This document shows, one piece after another, positions 58,549 through 64,000 of a stretch of 64,000 bases of DNA (its first letter is position 1; each line of letters begins with the position of its first letter). The notes below the pieces were generated by a model that was not told the DNA's origin, did not search any database, and saw nothing but the letters and a program-made list of their open reading frames with translations. A program made the translations under genes and the position numbers. This DNA comes from a virus, in the IMG/VR virus record IMGVR_UViG_3300009502_000036, positions 1 through 64,000 of that record, one strand, 5' to 3'.

Positions 58549-60627
58549 ATGCCATCTTTTAGAGACTATTCATTAAACTTTAAATACGATAAGACTTCTG
58601 ATTTTATAGAGTCTCAATTGCCTGCATTTGTTAAAATGGAAGGTGCAGATTTTGTAGAATTTATAAAATCATATTATAGATTTTTAGAAAGCAAAATCGT
58701 AGAAGTTGTTATTTCTTCCGATAATGTTCTTATTGGTAATCTTGCAGTTGGTGATATTGTTTCTTCTGTAAATTGTATTATATGTGAAGATGGCATAACT
58801 TACCTTGGTGATGGAAATGAAAACGCTGTTTGGCCGTTGATGGAACTCGACGGATATAGAAAAAATTTAATACAAATTACAAATTTTAATGGAAATTTTA
58901 TACCGGGTGAAGGAGTCATTGGAAAATATGCAAATGGAGAGTTAACAGGTGCTACTGCTAATGTTATAGTCTGGGACGAGTCCACGTCAACTTTGCAGTT
59001 AGAAAATATAGAACATGAATTTTTATATGGAAATTTAATATATGGAAATTTAAGTCATGCTAATGGAGAAATTTTAGTAGAAGATTCTGTAATTAGACCT
59101 ATTAGTGTATATGGAACTTCTCTCGGATCTATAGATTTGGATAATGTAAGTGTAAGTACTGAAGTATTACCAAGAAAAAAGATTATAATTAATCATCTTA
59201 GTGGATCTATAGAAAGACTCAACGAAACTAAAGATTTTGGAGAATTGTTTAGTAAAACTATATTTGAATCTTTAAAGAATCCTACTTATAACATAGAAAA
59301 TATACAACATGATACTATAGATACTGTAACTGTTATAACAAATGATTCTCATAGTTTTATTATTGGTGATAAAATAACAATAAAGAACTCGGCAAATGAT
59401 TCCATCTATGAGGGTAGTTATTTAATTTCAAATGTAATAGATGATACTACATTTCGATTTATATTGCCATATTTTGAAGTCGGTAATACTCAACCATCAT
59501 TACCATTATACTTTTCTATAGAAAAAGAAACATCTTCTACTATTTTATCTAAAATTTTTAATTTTACAGAAGTAGAAACTCCTATTAATGCAATGAACAA
59601 TATGTTCAATTATGGAGATATAGACTATTCTTTTAATAATCAATTGTTTCTTGGAGTAGATTATTATTCTATGATGGCAAATGAAATAATGTCAGAATGG
59701 CCTAAAGTACTCGTTTCTCCTACAGAAGAAACTGTTAAAGCTGTTATTGGAAGAAATATAAAGGATTTTTATTATTCAAAAGGAACTGAAGATTCTATTA
59801 AATTCTTATTTAGAATAATATATGGAAAAGAAGCACAAGTATTTTTGCCTGCAGATAGATTATTTTCATGTAATGATGGAAGATGGTCAATAAACTACTC
59901 CATTAAAGTCAACACTGATTTGTCTGATGAGGTTTTGTTATCAAATAATAGAATAATTCATAATACTGCTAATACTGGTTATTATGCCTTTGTTGAGTCT
60001 ACTAAAGAAGAAAGTGCAATTTTAGATATAACAGTAATTGGATCAGATAATCTTGATTTTGATCTATATGAAATAGTTACATCTAATATTGGTGCTACAG
60101 CAACTGTATCTAGTTGGGATAACATAACAAATAAATTGTCTATAAAACCTTTAACTGGAAGTATTCATATAAATGATACTATAACAGGTTCTAATAGTTC
60201 ATGCAATGCAAATGTAACATCAAAATCTGGTATAACATCTTTAATATTATCTAATGCATTTGGCGATTTTGTGTTTGGAGAGAGTATAGTAGGTTCTACT
60301 TTATCCGGTGCAGAATTTACTTGCGACATAGTAGAATCTATGATTCAGATAGAATCTTATGCTAGTAATAGAGGTTTATTAAACGGCGGAATTCAAGCGC
60401 CTATACCGACTGGATATGATACATGGGATGATCCTAATTTAGCGTCTCAAGCTTTAGATGTTGCAAATTCTAATGTTACAGATAGAATACAGGATGGTGA
60501 TTATTGGCAGTTATTTTCTTATGTTATTAGAACTAATCTAAGTTCTACTGAATTTGAAAGTGCAAAATCTAATATTCAAAAACTTGTACATCCAGCTGGA
60601 TTCAAATTATTTTTAGAACCATTATAA
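58549..60627 (+). CDS. baseplate wedge initiator gp7-like
   Basis: SQLP.FV, F.EF.K.YY, IKDFY.SKGTE.S..FLFR..YG, IQD.DYWQ.FSYVI, VHPAGFK. Confidence 0.8.
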   Translation: MPSFRDYSLNFKYDKTSDFIESQLPAFVKMEGADFVEFIKSYYRFLESKIVEVVISSDNVLIGNLAVGDIVSSVNCIICEDGITYLGDGNENAVWPLMELDGYRKNLIQITNFNGNFIPGEGVIGKYANGELTGATANVIVWDESTSTLQLENIEHEFLYGNLIYGNLSHANGEILVEDSVIRPISVYGTSLGSIDLDNVSVSTEVLPRKKIIINHLSGSIERLNETKDFGELFSKTIFESLKNPTYNIENIQHDTIDTVTVITNDSHSFIIGDKITIKNSANDSIYEGSYLISNVIDDTTFRFILPYFEVGNTQPSLPLYFSIEKETSSTILSKIFNFTEVETPINAMNNMFNYGDIDYSFNNQLFLGVDYYSMMANEIMSEWPKVLVSPTEETVKAVIGRNIKDFYYSKGTEDSIKFLFRIIYGKEAQVFLPADRLFSCNDGRWSINYSIKVNTDLSDEVLLSNNRIIHNTANTGYYAFVESTKEESAILDITVIGSDNLDFDLYEIVTSNIGATATVSSWDNITNKLSIKPLTGSIHINDTITGSNSSCNANVTSKSGITSLILSNAFGDFVFGESIVGSTLSGAEFTCDIVESMIQIESYASNRGLLNGGIQAPIPTGYDTWDDPNLASQALDVANSNVTDRIQDGDYWQLFSYVIRTNLSSTEFESAKSNIQKLVHPAGFKLFLEPL

Positions 60628-60635
60628 TTTATTTC

Positions 60636-60643
60636 TATAAATA
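60636..60643 (+). promoter_or_regulatory. T4 late promoter
   Basis: TATAAATA about 30 nt before the fibre gene. Confidence 0.75.
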
Positions 60644-60675
60644 GAATTAGATATTAACATTAAAATACCAAAAGA

Positions 60676-62859
60676 TTGGCAAATAAGAAAATAACAGAAC
60701 TACAGAGACTCTATCCATACGAGATGACATCATCTGATTGGATGATTATCGTAAATGGTTCGGGTTCTGGTTTAGAAACTAAGAAAGTTTCTGTAGGTGA
60801 TCTATTTAATGGTAGCACTTTAACTAGTAATGTTTCTTTTGGAAATACTGCTCTATTTGTAGATACATTAAATAAGAGAATTTCTATTAATGGAATGCCT
60901 TATTTAACAAATAAATTTAGTGTTTATGGTGATTCTTTCATTGATGGTAATATTTTTGCTACAGGAAAGATAACTGTACAAGGTGACTTAGAAATTGGAA
61001 ATACAGATACCGATAAAGTTACATTCAATGCGGATATATCATCTAGTCTCATTCCTCTTACATCAAATACTTATAATTTTGGTACTACAACAAAATATTG
61101 GAATGATTTATTCATAAAAGATGTTTACGTAAAAAGAGATATAGATGTAATTCGTAATGGTATTTTTCATTCTAATGTTTCTATTACAGGAAATACAACA
61201 ATAGGTAAAACTCTTGATGTAGGTCAGACTTTAGATGTTACTGGTAATACAATTTTGTGGTCAGATCTTGCTGTAAATGGAGGTGACATGACCACAAATC
61301 AGACAACCTTCAATATATTAAATAATACGGCAACCACCATAAATGCGTTTGGGGCTGCAACTACTCTTAATATTGGTTCTTCAAATGGTACTGCTACATT
61401 TAAAAATATTGCATCATTTAGTAAAGATGTTACTATTACAGGAAATTTAAATGTTTTGGGAGCAGCATCGATAGATTATCTCTATGCAACAGGAAGATCA
61501 ACATTTACTTTAAGAAAAGATGAGGTCGTCGCTGGATCTGGTAGTATTATTATACATTCAGGTTCAGGTTTAGGACAAGACAGAACTTTTCAATGGGATA
61601 ATACAAATAATAGATGGAGTTTAGATAATAACACCTATGTTTCTGGTACTTTTATTTGTACAGGAAATATTACTACAAGTGGAGATCTTGCTGTAAATGG
61701 AGGTGACATGACCACAAATCAGACAACCTTCAATATATTAAATAATACGGCAACCACCATAAATGCGTTTGGGGCTGCAACTACTCTTAACATAGGAGTT
61801 TCTGGTGGTAATGCCACATTTAATAGCAATTTAATTGTGACTGGAGATCTAACAGTAAATGGAACTACCACAACAATAAATGCTACTACTTTAGTAGTAA
61901 CGGATAAAAATATAGAGATAGGTAAAGTTACTACCCCTACAAATATTACAGCGAATGGTGGTGGAATAACTTTACATGGAGCTACTGATAAAACAATTAT
62001 TTGGGATAGTGCTAATAGTAATTGGTCATCAAGTGAAGATTGGAATCTCCTTAGCAGTAAAGTATTTAAAATAAATAATGTTTCTGTATTAAGTTCTACT
62101 ACACTTGGTTCTACCATAACGGGTTCATCCTTAACTTCGGTTGGTACAATTACAAGCGGTACCTGGTCTGGTAATTTTGGAGCAGTTAGTGGATCTAACT
62201 TAACTTCATTAACTGCTGGTAATTTGAGTGGCACGATTCCATCAGGAGTATTAGGTAATTCCACTGTTTATATCGGTACCACAGCAGTTCTCTTAAATAG
62301 AATTTCAGGGGCACTTGCATTAACAGGAATTACTAGTATTGATGGTAACGCTGCAACCGCAACTACATCTACTAATCAATCTGGTGGTACTGTATCAGCT
62401 ACTACTGGTTCTTTCTCAGGAGTTGTTACCCATAGTATATCTACAGGAACTGCACCGTTTTCAATTACTTCTACTACAGTAAATACTAATCTTAATGCAG
62501 ATTTACTTGATGGTCAACATGGAAGTTATTTTGCACCTATAGCAGCACCAGATTTTACTGGTAATCATATAGGAATACCGAGTGGTGCAACTTCGGCAAG
62601 ACCAACTGGTGCAACTGGATATTTTAGATTTAATACTGATCTAATTTCATTTGAAGGATATAATGGTACTTCTTGGGGTAGTGTTGGAGGTGGTGCAACT
62701 GGTGGTGGTACAGATCACGTATTTGTAGAAAATGACATACACGTTACAACATCATATACAATAACAAGCGGGAAAAATGCACATAGTGCTGGCCCTATAA
62801 CTATAGACAGTGGTGCTGTTGTTACTATTCCAACAGGCTCAGTCTGGATAATTTCTTAA
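60676..62859 (+). CDS. tail fibre / fibre-like structural protein
   Basis: ANKKITEL start, GDLTVNGTTTT...DKNIE motif, NLNADLLDG, RFNT....FEGY, ITSGKNAHSAGPITI..G..VTIP..S.W end; TTG start. Confidence 0.8.
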   Translation: MANKKITELQRLYPYEMTSSDWMIIVNGSGSGLETKKVSVGDLFNGSTLTSNVSFGNTALFVDTLNKRISINGMPYLTNKFSVYGDSFIDGNIFATGKITVQGDLEIGNTDTDKVTFNADISSSLIPLTSNTYNFGTTTKYWNDLFIKDVYVKRDIDVIRNGIFHSNVSITGNTTIGKTLDVGQTLDVTGNTILWSDLAVNGGDMTTNQTTFNILNNTATTINAFGAATTLNIGSSNGTATFKNIASFSKDVTITGNLNVLGAASIDYLYATGRSTFTLRKDEVVAGSGSIIIHSGSGLGQDRTFQWDNTNNRWSLDNNTYVSGTFICTGNITTSGDLAVNGGDMTTNQTTFNILNNTATTINAFGAATTLNIGVSGGNATFNSNLIVTGDLTVNGTTTTINATTLVVTDKNIEIGKVTTPTNITANGGGITLHGATDKTIIWDSANSNWSSSEDWNLLSSKVFKINNVSVLSSTTLGSTITGSSLTSVGTITSGTWSGNFGAVSGSNLTSLTAGNLSGTIPSGVLGNSTVYIGTTAVLLNRISGALALTGITSIDGNAATATTSTNQSGGTVSATTGSFSGVVTHSISTGTAPFSITSTTVNTNLNADLLDGQHGSYFAPIAAPDFTGNHIGIPSGATSARPTGATGYFRFNTDLISFEGYNGTSWGSVGGGATGGGTDHVFVENDIHVTTSYTITSGKNAHSAGPITIDSGAVVTIPTGSVWIIS
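61263..61790 (+). repeat. 108-bp exact direct repeat inside the fibre gene (61263-61370 and 61683-61790)
   Basis: Both copies encode DLAVNGGDMTTNQTTFNILNNTATTINAFGAATTLN. Confidence 0.9.
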
Positions 62860-62869
62860 CGATAAAATA

Positions 62870-63370
62870 ATGGCTACTCAAATAGATGGAAGTTTAGGAA
62901 TTAATAAAGTTAATCCAACAGCATTACCAGGTATTATGCCTGCTGGAAGTGTGTTGTAGGTTGTGAGTGCTACTTATAGTACTATTGAAAATACATCATC
63001 AGTAACATTTTCTAATACTGGAATAACAGCAACTATTACACCTAATAGTATAACAAGTAAAATCTTAGTGTTAGTTAGTATTAACGGTTGTGGAAAATAT
63101 ACTACAAATACAGCTGGTGCATTAAGAATTATAAGAAACTCAGTTCCAATAATAAATATAGATAGCATGATAGGATACACAAACAATACAAATACTGTAG
63201 ATGGATCAAGTTCCGCAACAATACTTGATTCACCAAGCACAACAAGTTCTATTACATATACAGTACAAAAAGCATCAAGTTCCAATAGCAATTATTTTTA
63301 TATAAACGATTACTATAATACAATAGGTCCCACAACTTCAACTATAACCTTGATGAAAATAGCAGGATAA
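62870..63370 (+). CDS. fibre-associated protein with in-frame TAG at 62957-62959
   Basis: MATQIDG...MPAGSVL-TAG-VVSATYS..., in frame with ORF 62963 (ITP....SKILV, LDSPSTTS.ITY, STITLM.IA). Confidence 0.7.
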
Positions 63371-63389
63371 CAACAAAACAAATACTAAA

Positions 63390-63773
63390 ATGAAACCAAC
63401 AATTATAACAGCAATACAGGCACTAATTCCTAATGTGTCTATAGCAATGTCGTCTGATGTTACATATGATACGGGATGGGATTTCCCACATGCTAAGTCT
63501 GTATTTACAGACTCAGATAACAACCCAGTGGTTATCTGTTGGGAGCAGTATACAGTTGCTCCATTAACACAAGAACAAGTTAATGCAGAAATCAACAGAC
63601 TGCAGAGTGAGTATGATAACACAGAGTATCAAAGACTTCGTGCATTAGAATACCCTGATATGTATCTATATTTAGATGCTGTAGTCAAGGGAGATTTAGT
63701 TCAACAGCAACTCTACATTGATCAATGTCTTGCTGTCAAGGCAAAGTATCCTAAACCAACAGGAGTGGTATGA
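63390..63773 (+). CDS. putative tail-fibre assembly/chaperone-like protein
   Basis: YQRLRALEYP...YLDA.VK...YID.CLAVKAKYPK. Confidence 0.6.
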   Translation: MKPTIITAIQALIPNVSIAMSSDVTYDTGWDFPHAKSVFTDSDNNPVVICWEQYTVAPLTQEQVNAEINRLQSEYDNTEYQRLRALEYPDMYLYLDAVVKGDLVQQQLYIDQCLAVKAKYPKPTGVV

Positions 63774-64000
63774 GTGGATCAGTGAATTTAGTTAGTTCAG
63801 GTGGTGGTAGTGTAGCTATCATCCCTCCAAATACAGCTTCGGATTACACGCTGACAGCTCCAGCAAGTACAGGCGTTATAGCACAAGTATTAGTTGGTGA
63901 AGTCAAAGCCTTTATTACAGGCACAGTACCAACAGGATACTTGGAATGTGATGGTGCATCAGTAAGCACAACCACTTATGCGGGACTATATGCCATTATT
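63770..64000 (+). CDS. tail collar-domain fibre protein (runs off the window end)
   Basis: MSGSVNLVSSGGG...VGEVKAF....VPTGYLECDGASVS.TTYA.LYAII. Confidence 0.8.
   Translation, partial: MSGSVNLVSSGGGSVAIIPPNTASDYTLTAPASTGVIAQVLVGEVKAFITGTVPTGYLECDGASVSTTTYAGLYAII

Noticed and set aside
61263-61790. Diversity-generating retroelement TR/VR pair
   Set aside because: The copies are identical with no adenine-specific mismatches, both are mid-gene, and no reverse transcriptase is present.
42314-64000. Genome-wide TAG-to-Gln recoding (code 15)
   Set aside because: Long late genes are open under the standard code and several genes end cleanly in TAG (e.g. 51128, 42314); only one convincing in-frame TAG was seen.

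Overview
This window is a 64-kb segment of an AT-rich, lytic T4-like (T4-superfamily) myovirus; it is not cellular DNA. About 1-29 kb is a + strand early/accessory region of short ORFs, driven by a recurring TATATTAT(ACTA) promoter-like motif. It holds tRNA-Leu(TAA), an atypical tRNA-like element inside a GC-richer patch, YopX, ATP-grasp, radical SAM, macro-domain, nucleotidyltransferase, RNA ligase 1, an NAD-dependent DNA ligase, RNase H and about 12 dispersed copies of one unannotated paralogue family. About 29-42 kb carries class II ribonucleotide reductase, gp33-gp59-gp32, an HD/CoaD-like fusion, a glycosyltransferase, a two-gene envelope-protein unit and a holin/GH19 endolysin/spanin lysis cassette, which indicates a diderm host. 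About 42-64 kb is the T4-type tail/baseplate block (tape measure, gp51/gp26, gp54, gp2, gp4, gp48, gp53, hub, gp5, PAAR, gp25, gp6, gp7, fibres) with TATAAATA late promoters. The most striking unexplained structure is 36312-37980, mostly missed by the ORF track: a chain of 11 translationally coupled microprotein cassettes of about 40-65 codons with conserved ends (MKYN... ...I(L)VR*), a repeated junction (GATTTTAGTAAGATGAAATA) and hypervariable middles. Other leads are a probable -1 frameshift fusing gp26 to gp51 just upstream of the tape-measure gene, an in-frame TAG at a conserved Gln position in a fibre gene, and homopolymer frameshifts confined to accessory genes. All product calls come from motif recognition and synteny by eye; no database search was run.
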